This document shows, piece by piece, positions 44,311 to 55,954 of a DNA stretch of 64,000 nt (position 1 is the first letter of the stretch; every line of letters begins with the position of its first letter). Made by a program: the position numbers and the translations under genes. The stretch is from Halomonas halophila (GTDB lineage: Bacteria; Pseudomonadota; Gammaproteobacteria; Pseudomonadales; Halomonadaceae). The notes under the pieces were generated by a model that saw only the letters and a program-made list of their open reading frames with translations, had not been told where the DNA came from and did not search any database. The stretch lies in NCBI RefSeq assembly GCF_030406665.1, contig NZ_CP129121.1:3162256-3226255 (forward strand). Reading direction: 5' to 3'.

Positions 44311-44721
44311 TTATTCCCAGCAGCCATCCGGGCCCCTCGTTCCATCGCTCTCCAGCCAGATCGTTCCACAGCCGGATGGCACTCGCGTTCCCTCCGTCGC
44401 CTTTAGCTTGAACGCGCTCCCCGGGTCACCGTCGAAGCTGATCCTTGGGTACACCCCCTCCGGTGACGTTCTCGTCTGCAAACAAGATGCCTTGTAGGAG
44501 TAATGCCGCGTATAGCAACGCTCCATCTCTCCCGCCGCCTGCATCAGGCCCGCCTGACCGTCCGACAGTCGCGCGCGTTCCACGTAGCTCGTGTAACTGG
44601 GATAGGCGATCGCCGCCAGGATCCCGATAATCGCCACCACGATCAGCAGCTCGATCAGTGTAAAGCCGGCCTGGTGCCAGGCGCGGTCCCTGCGGCGTGT
44701 CCGATTCATGCTCCGGCGCAT
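44311..44721 (-). CDS. pilE: PilE-like type IV minor pilin
   Basis: '[25 protein letters not shown]' and a C-terminal Cys pair ending '...DGCWE', as in Pseudomonas PilE. The 19-aa Arg-rich leader suggests the true start is a few codons in. Confidence 0.7.
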   Translation of the reverse strand: MRRSMNRTRRRDRAWHQAGFTLIELLIVVAIIGILAAIAYPSYTSYVERARLSDGQAGLMQAAGEMERCYTRHYSYKASCLQTRTSPEGVYPRISFDGDPGSAFKLKATEGTRVPSGCGTIWLESDGTRGPDGCWE

Positions 44722-44876
44722 CTCCCTTCTGGCCTCACGACGAGTTTCAGTATGTATCAGCAGAGAGGCTCCCGACAGCCGATCATCGTAAAAAAACCGG
44801 GCATATGCCCGGTTTCTTCACTCCTGCGAAAGCCTGACACACCCGCTGAGCCAGAACAGTACCAGGTGGCAGATGA

Positions 44877-45845
44877 CTAATCGCTGGCAATCACCCGTTC
44901 GCGCAGTTCACGCGGCATGGAGAAGGTAATGGTCTCCTCGCGGCCCGGGAGTTCCTCGGGCGCCGCGGCGCCGAGTGCCTGCAGACGCTCGATCACGCCC
45001 TTCACCAGCACCTCGGGGGCGCTGGCGCCGGCGGTGACGCCCACCGCGCTCACCCCTTCGAGCCAGGTCGGATCGAGCTGCTCGGCGTTGTCGATCAGAT
45101 AAGCCGTGGTCCCTTCCCGCTCGGAGAGCTCGCGCAGGCGATTGGAGTTGGAGCTGTTGGTGCTGCCGACGACCAGCAGCAGGTCGCAGCCGGCGGCCAG
45201 CTCGCGCACGGCGTCCTGGCGGTTCTGGGTCGCGTAGCAGATGTCGTCCTTGCGCGGCCCTTCAATCTCGGGAAACCTGGCGCGCAGGGCGTCGATCACC
45301 CGAGCGGTGTCGTCCATGGACAGCGTGGTCTGGGTGACGAACGCCAACCGGCTCGGGTCGTTCACCTCGAGATTGGCGACGTCCTGCTCGTCCTCGACCA
45401 GATAGATGTGTCCGCCATGGGAGGTGTCGTAGCGCCCCATGGTGCCTTCCACCTCGGGATGCCCCTCGTGGCCGATCAGGATGCATTCCTGGCCGCGCCG
45501 CGCGTAGCGCAGCACCTCCATGTGCACCTTGGTCACCAGCGGGCAGGTGGCGTCGAAGACCTTCAGCCCGCGGCGCTCGGCCTCCTCCTGAACGGCGCGG
45601 GACACGCCGTGGGCGGAGAAGATCACGATCACGTCGTCGGGTACCTCGTCGAGTTCCTCGACGAACACCGCGCCCCGCTCGCGCAGGCTGTCGACCACGA
45701 AGCGGTTGTGCACCACCTCGTGGCGCACGTAGATGGGCGGATCGAAGACGTCCAGGGCCCCGTTGACGATCTCGATGGCCCGATCGACGCCGGCGCAGAA
45801 GCCGCGCGGATTGGCCAGCTTGATCTGCACAGAGTTAGCTTGCAT
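44877..45845 (-). CDS. ispH: 4-hydroxy-3-methylbut-2-enyl diphosphate reductase
   Basis: '[18 protein letters not shown]', '[10 protein letters not shown]' and 'SSNSNRL' carry the three conserved Cys of IspH/LytB. Confidence 0.95.
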   Translation of the reverse strand: MQANSVQIKLANPRGFCAGVDRAIEIVNGALDVFDPPIYVRHEVVHNRFVVDSLRERGAVFVEELDEVPDDVIVIFSAHGVSRAVQEEAERRGLKVFDATCPLVTKVHMEVLRYARRGQECILIGHEGHPEVEGTMGRYDTSHGGHIYLVEDEQDVANLEVNDPSRLAFVTQTTLSMDDTARVIDALRARFPEIEGPRKDDICYATQNRQDAVRELAAGCDLLLVVGSTNSSNSNRLRELSEREGTTAYLIDNAEQLDPTWLEGVSAVGVTAGASAPEVLVKGVIERLQALGAAAPEELPGREETITFSMPRELRERVIASD

Positions 45846-45967
45846 GGGTTGCCTTGCCTTGATGCGTTGGCATCGTTTAACGCCTGCTACATGAGGATGA
45901 CGACGGTCCGACGCTTCGGCACCGCCGGCGGCCAGGATATCGAGCGCAGCAGGAAGTCAGTGTTTTC

Positions 45968-46423
45968 CTAGTGCGTGGTGGCCGGCTTGATCTCCAATAC
46001 CTCGACCTCGAAGGTCAGGGTACGCCCCGCCAGGGGATGATTGAAGTCCACTTCCACCCGCTCGTCGTCGACGCTCTTGATCACGCCGGGCAGCTCGCCG
46101 CCGGCCGGATCGGCGAACGACATCACCATGCCCTCCTCCGGCTCGTCGGTGGAGAAGTCCTCGCGCTTGAGCACCTGGATGTTCTGAGGGTTGTGCTGGC
46201 CGAAGGCGTGCTCCGGGGAGATCTCGAAGCTGCCGGACTCGCCGGCGCTCATCCCCTTGAGCGGCTGCTCGAAGCCCGGCGGCAGGTTGCCGTCGCCCAC
46301 CTGGAAGGTGGCCGGCGCCTTGTCGCGGGTGGAGTCCACCTGGGTGCCGTCTTCCAGCTTGAGGGTGAAGTGGAGGGTGACTTCCATGCCCTCGTCGATG
46401 CGCAGGCCTTGTGAATCGCTCAT
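45968..46423 (-). CDS. fkpB: FKBP-type peptidyl-prolyl isomerase FkpB/SlpA
   Basis: 151 aa. 'VTLHFTLKLEDGTQVDST' and 'FEVEVLEI' are FKBP/SlpA-type. Located between ispH and lspA, as in E. coli and Pseudomonas. Confidence 0.9.
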   Translation of the reverse strand: MSDSQGLRIDEGMEVTLHFTLKLEDGTQVDSTRDKAPATFQVGDGNLPPGFEQPLKGMSAGESGSFEISPEHAFGQHNPQNIQVLKREDFSTDEPEEGMVMSFADPAGGELPGVIKSVDDERVEVDFNHPLAGRTLTFEVEVLEIKPATTH

Positions 46424-46454
46424 AGGTTCTCTCGAAACGGTCGTGAAGGTCGCG

Positions 46455-46994
46455 TCAAGCGCGCCGCGCCCGGCGCCGCTCGCCGATGGTCGACTCCCAG
46501 ATCAGCCCGATGGCGCCCAGGGTGATGCCGATGTCCGCGACGTTGAAGGCCGGGTAGTACCAGCCGGCGGCGTGTAAGGAGAGGAAATCCACCACATAGC
46601 CGTGCACCAGGCGATCGTAGAGATTGCCCAGCGCCCCGCCGATGACCAGCGCCAGCGAGGCCGCCAGCAGGGTCTCGCCTACCCTGAGACGCTTCATCCA
46701 CAGCGTCAGGCCGATGCTCGCAGCCACCGCAATGGCGGCGAACAGCCAGCGCTGCCAGCCCGGATGGTCGGCCAGGAAGCTGAAGGCCGCGCCGGTGTTG
46801 TGCAGCAGCGTCAGGTTGAAGAACGGCAGCACCTCGAGCGGCCGGGCGTAGTCGAGCATCCCGGAGGCCAGGGCCTTGGTGCCGAGGTCCAGGATGACCC
46901 AGGCCACGGCCAGCCACAGCCAGCGCAGCGGCTTGTGCATGGGCGCCGCCTGGGCGCCCTTTTCGGTCTCGGGCATGCTGCCCACCTCACGCAT
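46455..46994 (-). CDS. lspA: Lipoprotein signal peptidase II
   Basis: 'NTGAAFSF' and '[12 protein letters not shown]' are LspA motifs. The start (46994 or ATG 46976) overlaps or abuts the ileS stop. Confidence 0.9.
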   Translation of the reverse strand: MREVGSMPETEKGAQAAPMHKPLRWLWLAVAWVILDLGTKALASGMLDYARPLEVLPFFNLTLLHNTGAAFSFLADHPGWQRWLFAAIAVAASIGLTLWMKRLRVGETLLAASLALVIGGALGNLYDRLVHGYVVDFLSLHAAGWYYPAFNVADIGITLGAIGLIWESTIGERRRARRA

Positions 46995-49836
46995 AGTGAC
47001 GGGTCTCGCCGGGGCCGTCCGGCAGGTTGCTCACGCAGCGGCCGCAGAGGTCGTCGTGCCCCTCGTGGGTGCCCACGTCCTCGCGATGGTGCCAGCAGCG
47101 CTCGCACTTGGCATGGCCGCTGGCGGCCACCGCGACCTTGAGGCCCTCGAGCTCGGTGCCCTCGGCGCCCTCACCCTGAGGCTTTTCGCTATCAGACAAG
47201 GGCGCCAGGTGGACCTCGCTGGTCAGCATCACGAAGCGCAGCTCGTCGCCCAGCTTGTCGAGGGTATCGCGCAGGGCATCGTCGACGTAGAGGGTGACCT
47301 CGGCGGCCAGGCTACCCTTGATGGTCTTGGCGTTGCGCGCGTCTTCCAGGCACTTGTTGACGGCCTGCTTGATCTCCAGCACCCGCTCCCAGAACTCGCG
47401 GCCCATCTCGGCGTCGTCGCCCAGGGTCTCGAGCCCGGTGTAGTACTCCTGCAGCAGCACGCTCTTGCCGCGCTTGCCCGGGATGTGCTCGTAGATCTCC
47501 TCGGCGGTGAAGGAGAGGATCGGCGCCACCCAGCGCACCAGCGCCTGGACGACGTGGTAGAGCGCGGTCTGGGCGCTGCGGCGCGCCACCGAGTCGGCCT
47601 GGGTGGTGTACTGGCGGTCCTTGATCACGTCCAGGTAGAAGCCGCCGAGCTCGCGGGCACAGAAGCCGTGCACCTGCTGGTAGACGTCGAGGAAGCGGTA
47701 TTCCTCGTAGGCGGTCTCGATGCGCGCCTGCAGCTGGGCGGCGCGGTCGACGACCCACTGGTCCAGGGCCAGCATGTCGCCGAAGGCCAGGGCATCCTTG
47801 GCCGGGTCGAAGCCGTTGAGGTTCGCCAGCAGGAAGCGCGAGGTGTTGCGGATGCGCCGGTAGACGTCGGCGGTGCGCTTGAGGATCTCGTCGGAGACCG
47901 CCATCTCGCCGCCGTAGTCGGTGGAGGCGACCCACAGGCGCAGGATGTCGGCGCCCAGCTTGTCCATCACCTCCTGCGGCGCGACCACGTTGCCCATCGA
48001 CTTGGACATCTTGCGGCCGTGGGCGTCCACGGTGAAGCCGTGGGTCAAGAGGCCGCGGTACGGCGGGTGGCCGTCGATGGCGCAGCCGGTCAGCAGCGAG
48101 GAGTGGAACCAGCCGCGGTGCTGGTCGGAGCCCTCCAGGTACAGGTCGGCACGCGGGCCGTACTCGTGGCCGTGCGGGTGCGAGCCGCGCAGCACGTGGC
48201 GGTGCGTGGTGCCGGAGTCGAACCACACGTCCAGGGTGTCGGTGACCTTCTCGTAGTCGCCGGCCTCGTCGCCCAAGAGCTCGGCGGGGGCCAGGCGGAA
48301 CCAGGCGTCGATGCCCTCGGCCTCGACGCGCTGGGCGACGAGCTCCATCAGCACCACGGTGCGCGGGTGCAGCTCGCCGGTCTGCTTGTGCAGGAAGAAC
48401 GGGATCGGCACGCCCCAGTTGCGCTGGCGCGAGATGCACCAGTCGGGGCGGTTGGCGATCATCGAGTGCAGGCGCGCCTTGCCCCAGGCCGGGGTGAAGG
48501 CGGTGGCCTCGATGCCCTCCAGCGCCTTCTCGCGCAGGGTGCGGCCGTCGCGGCCGATCAGGTCCATGCCGACGAACCACTGGGCGGTGGCGCGGTAGAT
48601 CACCGGCGTCTTGTGGCGCCAGCAGTGCATGTAGCTGTGGCTGATGGTCTTGTGGGCCATCAGCGCACCGAGCTCGCGCAGCTTGTCGACGATGTGCGGG
48701 TTGGCCTTCCAGATCAGCTGGCCGCCGAAGTACGGCAGGTCGTCGACGTAGACGCCGTCGCCCTTGACCACGATGATGAAGTCGCTGAAGTCCATGCCGT
48801 AGCGACGGCAGGAGTCGAAGTCGTCGACGCCGTGGACCGGCGCCGAGTGCACGATGCCGGTGCTGCCTTCGTCGATGGTGACGTAGTCGGCCAGGTAGAT
48901 CGGCGCGCGGCGCTCATAGATCGGGTGGGCGAACGCGATCAGCTCCAGGCGCTCGCCGGTGGCGGTGGCGATGATCTCGCCGTCCAGGCCGAAGCGCTCG
49001 AGGCAGGACTCCACCAGCTCCTCAGCCAGCAGCAGCAGGCGCTCGCCGGTGTCGACCAGCGCATAGGTGAACTCCGGATGGACGTTCAGCGCCTGGTTGG
49101 CCGGGATGGTCCAGGGCGTGGTGGTCCAGATCACCACGGCGGCCGGCTTGGGCAGGGCCTCGAGGCCGAAGGCCGCGGCCAGCTTGTCGTCTTCCGCGCA
49201 GGCGAAGGCCACGTCGATGGCGTCGGACTTCTTGTCGGCGTACTCCACCTCGGCCTCGGCCAGCGCCGAGCCGCAGTCGAAGCACCAGTTGACCGGCTTC
49301 AGGCCCTTGAACACGAAGCCGCCCTCGACCATGTCGGCCAGGGCGCGAATCTCGCCGGCCTCGTTGGCGTAGTCCATGGAGCGATAGGGGTTGTCCCAGT
49401 CGCCGATCACGCCCAGGCGCACGAAGTCGGACAGCTGGCCCTGGATCTGCTCGGCGGCGTACTCGCGGCACAGCCCGCGGGCCTGCTCGGCCTCCAAGTG
49501 CTTGCCATGGGTGGTCTCCACCTTGTGCTCGATCGGCAGGCCATGGCAGTCCCAGCCCGGCACGTAGGGGGCGTCGAAGCCGGCCAGGTTCTTCGACTTG
49601 ACGATGATGTCCTTGAGGATCTTGTTGACGGCGTGACCGATGTGGATGCTGCCGTTGGCGTAGGGAGGGCCATCGTGGAGCACGAAGATCTCGCGGCCTC
49701 GACGCGCCTCGCGCAGGCGCCGGTAGAGGTCCATCTCCTTCCACTGCTCCACCCGCGCGGGCTCGCGCTTGGGCAGCATGCCGCGCATCGGGAAGTCGGT
49801 TTCTGGCAGGTTCAGAGTGTGCTTGTAGTCGCTCAT
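46987..49836 (-). CDS. ileS: Isoleucyl-tRNA synthetase
   Basis: 949 aa. HIGH '[11 protein letters not shown]' and KMSKS 'KMSKSMGN' motifs. C-terminal zinc-binding 'CERCWHH...CGRC'. Confidence 0.97.
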   Translation of the reverse strand: MSDYKHTLNLPETDFPMRGMLPKREPARVEQWKEMDLYRRLREARRGREIFVLHDGPPYANGSIHIGHAVNKILKDIIVKSKNLAGFDAPYVPGWDCHGLPIEHKVETTHGKHLEAEQARGLCREYAAEQIQGQLSDFVRLGVIGDWDNPYRSMDYANEAGEIRALADMVEGGFVFKGLKPVNWCFDCGSALAEAEVEYADKKSDAIDVAFACAEDDKLAAAFGLEALPKPAAVVIWTTTPWTIPANQALNVHPEFTYALVDTGERLLLLAEELVESCLERFGLDGEIIATATGERLELIAFAHPIYERRAPIYLADYVTIDEGSTGIVHSAPVHGVDDFDSCRRYGMDFSDFIIVVKGDGVYVDDLPYFGGQLIWKANPHIVDKLRELGALMAHKTISHSYMHCWRHKTPVIYRATAQWFVGMDLIGRDGRTLREKALEGIEATAFTPAWGKARLHSMIANRPDWCISRQRNWGVPIPFFLHKQTGELHPRTVVLMELVAQRVEAEGIDAWFRLAPAELLGDEAGDYEKVTDTLDVWFDSGTTHRHVLRGSHPHGHEYGPRADLYLEGSDQHRGWFHSSLLTGCAIDGHPPYRGLLTHGFTVDAHGRKMSKSMGNVVAPQEVMDKLGADILRLWVASTDYGGEMAVSDEILKRTADVYRRIRNTSRFLLANLNGFDPAKDALAFGDMLALDQWVVDRAAQLQARIETAYEEYRFLDVYQQVHGFCARELGGFYLDVIKDRQYTTQADSVARRSAQTALYHVVQALVRWVAPILSFTAEEIYEHIPGKRGKSVLLQEYYTGLETLGDDAEMGREFWERVLEIKQAVNKCLEDARNAKTIKGSLAAEVTLYVDDALRDTLDKLGDELRFVMLTSEVHLAPLSDSEKPQGEGAEGTELEGLKVAVAASGHAKCERCWHHREDVGTHEGHDDLCGRCVSNLPDGPGETRHYA

Positions 49837-49846
49837 ATCCTGGGGG

Positions 49847-50869
49847 TCAGCCGTCGTCGTGGTCGGCGGGCTGGCCCGCCGAGGAATCGGAAGTCACGGC
49901 CTCGCGCGCCAACGGCGCCGATGCCAGAGGAAGAGAATCGTCCGCCGTGGCGAAGAAGCGCCGGGCACGCGCCTGGTCGAGGCCGATCTGGGTCTTGAGG
50001 GCGTCCAGGCCATCGAATTTCACCTCGCCGCGCAGCTTGGCGCAGGGCACCACGCTCAGGGTCTGGTCATAGAGGTCGCCGTCGAAGTCGAACAGGTGGA
50101 CCTCGAGCACCGGCCGCTGACTGCCCACCGTGGGCCGCCAGCCGACGTTGGCCACGCCCTCGGCGCGGCGGCCGTCGGGCAGCTCGGCGACCACCGCATA
50201 GACGCCCTGCAGCGCCAGGGCGCGGGCCGACTGCGGCAGGTTGGCGGTGGGCACGCCGATGGTACGACCCAGCTGACGGTCGCGCACCACCCGACCGGCG
50301 AGCCGATAGGGCCGGCCCAGCAGGCGCGCGGCCTGGGCGAAGTTGCCGCTGGTCAGCAGGGTGCGCACCCGGGTGCTCGAGACCCGCTCGCCGTCGAGCA
50401 GGAAGCTGCGGGTGTGCTCCACGCCGAAGCCGCGCTCCGCGCCCGCCGCCTCGAGCAGTGCGAAGTCGCCGAGGCGGTCGCAGCCGAAGCGGAAGTCGTC
50501 GCCCACCACCAGATGGTGCACGCCGAGGCCCTCGACCAGCACCCGCTCGATGAAGGCCCGAGCGGTCAGCGAGCGCAGCGTGTCGTTGAACGGCAGGCAC
50601 AGCACCCGGTCGGCGCCGTGCTCGGCCAGCAGCTCGACCTTGTCGCGCAGCCGGGTCAGGCGCGTCGGCGCCTGGTCGCCGGCGAAGAACTCGCGGGGCT
50701 GGGGCTCGAAGACCACCACCGTGACCGGTAGCCCCAGCGCCCGCGCCCGTTCGCGCAGCTGATCGAGGATCGCCTGGTGGCCGCGGTGCACGCCATCGAA
50801 GTTGCCGATGGTCGCCACGCAGCCCCGGTGTTCGTCGCGCAGATTGTGCAGTCCTCGAATCACTTGCAT
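49847..50869 (-). CDS. ribF: Bifunctional riboflavin kinase / FMN adenylyltransferase
   Basis: '[32 protein letters not shown]' aligns with E. coli RibF 'MKLIRGIHNL...'. Start at ATG 50869. Confidence 0.9.
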   Translation of the reverse strand: MQVIRGLHNLRDEHRGCVATIGNFDGVHRGHQAILDQLRERARALGLPVTVVVFEPQPREFFAGDQAPTRLTRLRDKVELLAEHGADRVLCLPFNDTLRSLTARAFIERVLVEGLGVHHLVVGDDFRFGCDRLGDFALLEAAGAERGFGVEHTRSFLLDGERVSSTRVRTLLTSGNFAQAARLLGRPYRLAGRVVRDRQLGRTIGVPTANLPQSARALALQGVYAVVAELPDGRRAEGVANVGWRPTVGSQRPVLEVHLFDFDGDLYDQTLSVVPCAKLRGEVKFDGLDALKTQIGLDQARARRFFATADDSLPLASAPLAREAVTSDSSAGQPADHDDG

Positions 50870-50948
50870 GGGCGTCATCGCGCTGGAGGTGAAAGGGGAT
50901 CGATTATAACGGACCAAGGGCCCCTTGACAGCCGGGCCGGCTTGGCCA

Positions 50949-52460
50949 TCAGCCGTTGATCCGGAAATGCCGCGGTCGCACGCCGAACGCCGCCAGCCAG
51001 GCGAAGTAGGCCGTCGCCCCCAGGATCACCAGTGCGGCCAGCCAGCCGACCCGATGCCACAGCGACCAATCCAGCCAGGCGTGCCATTCCGGCATCAGCC
51101 AGGCCAGCCCCAGCCCCATCACCGCGCAGCCGCCGAGCAGCTGCACCGCGTAGCGGCCCCAGCCCGGCTGGAAGCGCAGCACGCCCTCGCGGCGCAACAG
51201 GAAGCCCAGCAGGCCGGCATTGAGGAAGGCCGACAGCGCCGTGGCCAGCGCCAGGCCGGCGTGGGCCAGCGGCCAGATCAGGATCAGGTTGAACACCATG
51301 TTGGCGACCATCGCCACGATGCCCACCTTGACCGGCGTCTTGGTGTCCTGGCGGGCGAAGAAGCCCGGGGCCAGCACCTTGATCAGCATGAAGGCCACCA
51401 GGCCCAGCGCATAGGCACGCAGACTCATCGCCGCCATGGCGATGTCGTGGTCGGTCATGGCGCCGTAGTGGAACAGCGTGATCAACAGCGGCTCGGCCAG
51501 CACCGCCAGGGCCAGCGCCGCCGGCATGCCCAGCAGCAGCACGGCGCGGATCGCCCAGTCGAGCATCCGTGCGAAGTGCTCGCCGGACTGCTCGGCGTGG
51601 CGCTTGGACAGCGCCGGCAGGATCACCGTGCCGATGGCGATGCCGAACACCCCCAGCGGCAGCTCCACCAGGCGGTCGGAGTAGTAGAGCCAGGACACGC
51701 TGCCCGCCGCCAGCAGCGAGGCCAGCACGGTGTCCAGCAGCAGGTTGACCTGGGACACCGAGACCCCGAACAGCGCCGGCGCCATCAGCTTGAGGATGCG
51801 CCGCACGCCCTCGTGGGCGAAGCGCGGCCAGGGCCTGGGCATCAGGCCCAGCCGCGCCAGGAAGGGCACCTGGAACAGCAGCTGGGCGGCGCCGGCGATC
51901 AGCACGCCCCAGGCCAGCGCCAGCGACGGCTCGCTCATCAGCGGCGTCAGCGCGAGCGCCGCGCCGATCAGCGACAGGTTGAGCAGCACCGGGGTGAAGG
52001 CCGGCACCGCGAAGCGGTTCCAGGTGTTGAGCACGCTGCCGGCGAAGGCGGTCAGCGAGATCAGCAGCAGGTACGGGAAGGTCAGCCGCAGCATGTTGGC
52101 GGTCAGCGCCAACTTCTCCGGGTCCCGGGCGAAGCCGGGCGCGAACAGCCACACCAGCCAGGGCGCGGCCAGCATGGCCAGCGCCGTGATCAGCAGCAGC
52201 ACCGCGGCGAGGCTGCCGGCCACCGCATCGAGCAGCTCGCGCACCTCCTCGCGGGTGCGCTGGGTCGCGTACTCCGAGAGCACCGGCACGAAGGCCTGGT
52301 TGAAGGCGCCTTCGGCGAACAGCCGGCGCAGGAAATTGGGCACCTTGAAGGCGACGAAGAAGGCATCCGCCCCCTGTCCCGCCCCCAGCAGCGCGGCGAT
52401 CACCACGTCGCGGGCCAGGCCCAGCACCCGCGAGAGCATGGTCATGGCGCTGACCACCAT
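50949..52460 (-). CDS. murJ: Lipid II flippase MurJ (MviN)
   Basis: 'SAMTMLSRVLGLARDVVIAALLGAGQGADAFFVAFKVPNFLRRLFAEGAFNQAFVPVL' aligns with the E. coli MurJ N-terminus. Start at ATG 52460 (MVVSAMTM). The maximal ORF to 52583 would abut the rpsT terminator and leave no promoter space. Confidence 0.88.
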   Translation of the reverse strand: MVVSAMTMLSRVLGLARDVVIAALLGAGQGADAFFVAFKVPNFLRRLFAEGAFNQAFVPVLSEYATQRTREEVRELLDAVAGSLAAVLLLITALAMLAAPWLVWLFAPGFARDPEKLALTANMLRLTFPYLLLISLTAFAGSVLNTWNRFAVPAFTPVLLNLSLIGAALALTPLMSEPSLALAWGVLIAGAAQLLFQVPFLARLGLMPRPWPRFAHEGVRRILKLMAPALFGVSVSQVNLLLDTVLASLLAAGSVSWLYYSDRLVELPLGVFGIAIGTVILPALSKRHAEQSGEHFARMLDWAIRAVLLLGMPAALALAVLAEPLLITLFHYGAMTDHDIAMAAMSLRAYALGLVAFMLIKVLAPGFFARQDTKTPVKVGIVAMVANMVFNLILIWPLAHAGLALATALSAFLNAGLLGFLLRREGVLRFQPGWGRYAVQLLGGCAVMGLGLAWLMPEWHAWLDWSLWHRVGWLAALVILGATAYFAWLAAFGVRPRHFRING

Positions 52461-52581
52461 GCCCGAACGCAGCAGGCCGCCGCCCCTGGGGGCCGGAGCG
52501 GCGTCGGAGGCGGGCTGAGGAGGAGTATCGGTCACGGTGCGCTCCCTTGCCGGTGAAGTCCGGGCGAAAATCGTCAGGCAC

Positions 52582-52607
52582 AAAAAAACCGGCCGAAGCC
52601 GGTTTTT
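52582..52607 (-). terminator. Rho-independent terminator of rpsT (bidirectional A7/T5 flanks)
   Basis: aaccggc-cgaa-gccggtt, flanked by 'aaaaaaa' and 'ttttt'. Confidence 0.6.
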
Positions 52608-52654
52608 CGATGGCGTGCCCGCACGCGGCGGGCACCCAGAGGCGTCCGGCGAGC

Positions 52655-52921
52655 TTACGCGGCCAGGGCCTTGATGCGCTTGTTCAGACGGCTCTTGAGG
52701 CGAGCGGCCTTCTTCTTGGACAGCACGTCCTTGTCGGCGATGCGGTCGATGACCGGCTGGGCCGCCTTGAAGGCGTCCATGGCCTGGGCGTGGTCGCCGC
52801 CGTTGATGGCCTTGATCACGTTCTTGACGTAGGTGCGAACCATGCTGCGCTGGCTCGCCTTCAGAACACGACGGCCTTCTGCCTGACGGGCGCGCTTGCG
52901 GGCTTGCTTGCTGTTAGCCAC
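52655..52921 (-). CDS. rpsT: 30S ribosomal protein S20
   Basis: 'MANSKQARKRARQAEGRR...' is the canonical S20, 88 aa. Confidence 0.97.
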   Translation of the reverse strand: MANSKQARKRARQAEGRRVLKASQRSMVRTYVKNVIKAINGGDHAQAMDAFKAAQPVIDRIADKDVLSKKKAARLKSRLNKRIKALAA

Positions 52922-53143
52922 TGACTGTCTCCTTGGAGAAAGTTGTCACCGCCTGCGAGGGCGGCTTTGATAACGTTTTGATCCAACAGGGAAAAACAAA
53001 AATCCCCGTCGGCCTGGCCATCTGGCCGACCGCGCGACGTGGCGCAGTCGATTACGGGCCGTGTCTGAGAGGATGGCGCATACTATCACGCAGCGACACC
53101 GCTTGCCAGCCTTGTCAAGGCCGGATGCCCCGCCACGCCTGTC

Positions 53144-54283
53144 TCAGAGCACGACCAGATTGTCGCGGTGGATAAGCTCCGGCGCTTCCATGTAGCCGAG
53201 AATCGCCTCGATGCGATGGCTCGGCTGGCCGATCAGACGCTGCGCCTCATCGACGCCATAGTTGACCAGCCCCTTGGCGATGCGACGCCCTTCTTCATCG
53301 ACGCACAGCACCATCTCGCCGCGCACGAAGCGCCCGGCGATCGCCTTGACGCCCACCGGCAGCAGGCTGGAGCCGCTGTCGCGCAGCACCTTGACCGCCC
53401 CGGCGTCCAGGGTCAGGGTGCCGCGCACCTGGAGCTGGCCGGCCAGCCAGCGCTTGCGCGCGGCGATCGGCGCCTGGTCGGGGGTCAGCAAGGTGCCGAG
53501 GCGCTCGCCGTCGACCAGCCGGGTCAGCACCTCGGGCTGGCGACCGCTGGCGATCACGGTCAGCGCTCCGGAGCGCGCCGCCAGCCGGGCGGCGCGCACC
53601 TTGGTGGTCATACCGCCGCGGCCGAGGGCGCCGCCGTCGCCGGCCACCGCGGCCAGTCGCGGATCGTCGGCGCGGCCCTCGGTGATCAGGCTGGCGTTCG
53701 GATCGTGACGCGGGTCGGCGTCGAACAGCCCTTCCTGGTCGGTGAGGATGACCAGGGCATCGGCCTCGATCAGATTGGCCACCAGGGCGCCGAGGGTGTC
53801 GTTGTCGCCGAAGCGGATCTCGTCGGTGACCACGGTGTCGTTCTCGTTGACCACCGGCACCACGCCGAGCTCGACCAGGGTGCGCAGGGCCGAGCGGGCG
53901 TTGAGGTAGCGCTTGCGGTTGGAGAGGTCGTCGTGGGTCAACAGCACCTGGGCGGTGGTCAGCTGGTGACGGCCGAAATGGCCCTCGTAGCACTCGGTGA
54001 GGCCGTTCTGGCCCACGGCGGCGGCGGCCTGGAGGGCATGCACTTCCGACGGACGCGTCTGCCAGCCCAGCCGCACCATGCCGGCGGCCACGGCGCCGGA
54101 AGACACCAGCACCACCTCGATGCCGCGCCGATGCAGGGCGGCGATCTGGTCGACCCAGCCACCGATGGCGGCCTCGTCGAGGGCGCGGCCATCGTTGGTC
54201 AGCAGGGCGCTGCCGATCTTCACCACCACCCGCCGCATGCCCTTCAGGGCGTCACGACCGGGAACCTCTTCACCTTTCGCCAT
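53144..54283 (-). CDS. proB: Glutamate 5-kinase
   Basis: '[11 protein letters not shown]', '[11 protein letters not shown]' and a C-terminal PUA domain. Upstream of obgE, as in many gammaproteobacteria. Confidence 0.93.
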   Translation of the reverse strand: MAKGEEVPGRDALKGMRRVVVKIGSALLTNDGRALDEAAIGGWVDQIAALHRRGIEVVLVSSGAVAAGMVRLGWQTRPSEVHALQAAAAVGQNGLTECYEGHFGRHQLTTAQVLLTHDDLSNRKRYLNARSALRTLVELGVVPVVNENDTVVTDEIRFGDNDTLGALVANLIEADALVILTDQEGLFDADPRHDPNASLITEGRADDPRLAAVAGDGGALGRGGMTTKVRAARLAARSGALTVIASGRQPEVLTRLVDGERLGTLLTPDQAPIAARKRWLAGQLQVRGTLTLDAGAVKVLRDSGSSLLPVGVKAIAGRFVRGEMVLCVDEEGRRIAKGLVNYGVDEAQRLIGQPSHRIEAILGYMEAPELIHRDNLVVL

Positions 54284-54386
54284 CTTCGCCGTCCTTGATA
54301 CGACTCGCGTTCATCGGGCTCGCGCCCGCCACAGCGGCCGGCGCGATGGCGCCGCCCGCTGCACCTCCAGCCTACTACGCCCGCCC

Positions 54387-55577
54387 TCAGGGGGCGTATT
54401 CGATCTCGACGTCGTAGTCGTCGTCATCGAAGTCGTCGTCATCGTCCTCGTCGTCGCGAGGACGCTTGCGACCCAGTCGGGCCTCGGTGCGGGCCACGGC
54501 CTCCTCTTCCATGCGACGACGCATCTCGCGCTCGTGCTCGGCGACCTCCTCGTCCTCGTTCTCGAGGCGGCGCCGCTCGGTGAGCCAGCGATGGGCGGCC
54601 TGCACCAGGGCCTCGGTGCCTTCGCCGCTGATCGCCGAGACACGGAACACCGGACCGTCCCAGTCGAGGCGCCTGACGATCTCGTCGGCCACCGCCTCGC
54701 GCTCGTCCTCGGGCAGCAGGTCGAGCTTGTTGAGCACCAGCCAGCGCGGCAGCTCGGCCAGCGTCGGCGAGAACTCGCCCAGCTCGCGGACGATGGCCTC
54801 GGCGGCTTCCACCGGATCGGACTCGTCGAAGGGCGCCACGTCGACCACGTGGAACAGCAGCCGCGAGCGGGTCAGGTGCTTGAGGAAGCGCAGTCCCAGG
54901 CCCGCGCCGTCGGAGGCGCCCTCGATCAGCCCGGGAATGTCGGCCATCACGAAGTGCTCGTGCTGACCGAGCTTCACCACGCCGAGATTCGGCACCAGGG
55001 TGGTGAAGGGATAGTTGGCGACCTTGGGCTTGGCCGCCGAGACCGAGCGGATCAGCGTCGACTTGCCGGCGTTGGGCAAGCCCAGCAGGCCGACGTCGGC
55101 CATCACCTTCATTTCCAGGCGCAGGTTGCGCCGCTCGCCTTCGGTACCCGGCGTGGTGCGCCGCGGCGCCCGGTTGGTGGACGACTTGAAGTGGATATTG
55201 CCGAGCCCGCGGCGACCGCCCTGCCCCACCAGCACCACCTGACCGATCTCGGTGACGTCGGCGATCACCTCGAGGGTGTCCTCGTCGATCACCGTGGTGC
55301 CCACCGGCACCTTGATGTGCAGGTCCTCGCCGGCGCGGCCGCTCATCTGCCGACCCTGGCCGGGCTGGCCGTTCTGGGCCTTGTAGAAGCGCTGATACTT
55401 GAAGTCGATGAGGGTGTTGAGGGCGTCGTCACCGATCAGGTAGACACTGCCGCCATGGCCGCCGTCGCCCCCATCGGGACCACCCTTGGGCACGTACTTC
55501 TCGCGGCGGAAGCTCAGGCAGCCATTACCGCCCTTGCCGGCTTCCACGATGATCGAGGCTTCGTCGACGAACTGCAT
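54387..55577 (-). CDS. obgE: GTPase ObgE/CgtA
   Basis: '[47 protein letters not shown]' Obg fold. G-domain motifs 'GLPNAGKST' and 'DIPGLIEGA'. Acidic C-terminal tail. Confidence 0.97.
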   Translation of the reverse strand: MQFVDEASIIVEAGKGGNGCLSFRREKYVPKGGPDGGDGGHGGSVYLIGDDALNTLIDFKYQRFYKAQNGQPGQGRQMSGRAGEDLHIKVPVGTTVIDEDTLEVIADVTEIGQVVLVGQGGRRGLGNIHFKSSTNRAPRRTTPGTEGERRNLRLEMKVMADVGLLGLPNAGKSTLIRSVSAAKPKVANYPFTTLVPNLGVVKLGQHEHFVMADIPGLIEGASDGAGLGLRFLKHLTRSRLLFHVVDVAPFDESDPVEAAEAIVRELGEFSPTLAELPRWLVLNKLDLLPEDEREAVADEIVRRLDWDGPVFRVSAISGEGTEALVQAAHRWLTERRRLENEDEEVAEHEREMRRRMEEEAVARTEARLGRKRPRDDEDDDDDFDDDDYDVEIEYAP

Positions 55578-55662
55578 CTGTCATTCTCCCGGCGGTGCAT
55601 ACCGCCATGATACAAGAAGGCCCCGCCATGGCGGGGCCTTCTCGCTACAGGTCCGGGCGGTC

Positions 55663-55920
55663 TCAGGCGGAGACGATGCTCACGAACTTGCGATTCTTCG
55701 GACCCTTGGTCTCGAACTTGACCACGCCTTCGTCCAGGGCGAACAGGGTGTGGTCCTTGCCGATGCCCACGCCGGCGCCGGCGTGGAACTTGGTGCCGCG
55801 CTGACGGACGATGATGTTGCCCGGAGCCACGGACTGGCCACCGAACAGCTTCACGCCAAGGCGCTTGGATTCGGAATCGCGACCGTTACGGGTAGAGCCC
55901 GCTGCCTTCTTATGAGCCAT
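55663..55920 (-). CDS. rpmA: 50S ribosomal protein L27
   Basis: '[24 protein letters not shown]' is the canonical L27. Confidence 0.97.
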   Translation of the reverse strand: MAHKKAAGSTRNGRDSESKRLGVKLFGGQSVAPGNIIVRQRGTKFHAGAGVGIGKDHTLFALDEGVVKFETKGPKNRKFVSIVSA

Positions 55921-55954
55921 TGCAAATACCTCGCTCGTTCAGGGGAGTGACCGC

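Noticed and set aside
46876-49998. 1040-aa plus-strand ORF
   Set aside because: Antisense to ileS, which has HIGH/KMSKS motifs and a complete architecture. The plus-strand product is repetitive Ala/Gly/Val/Arg.
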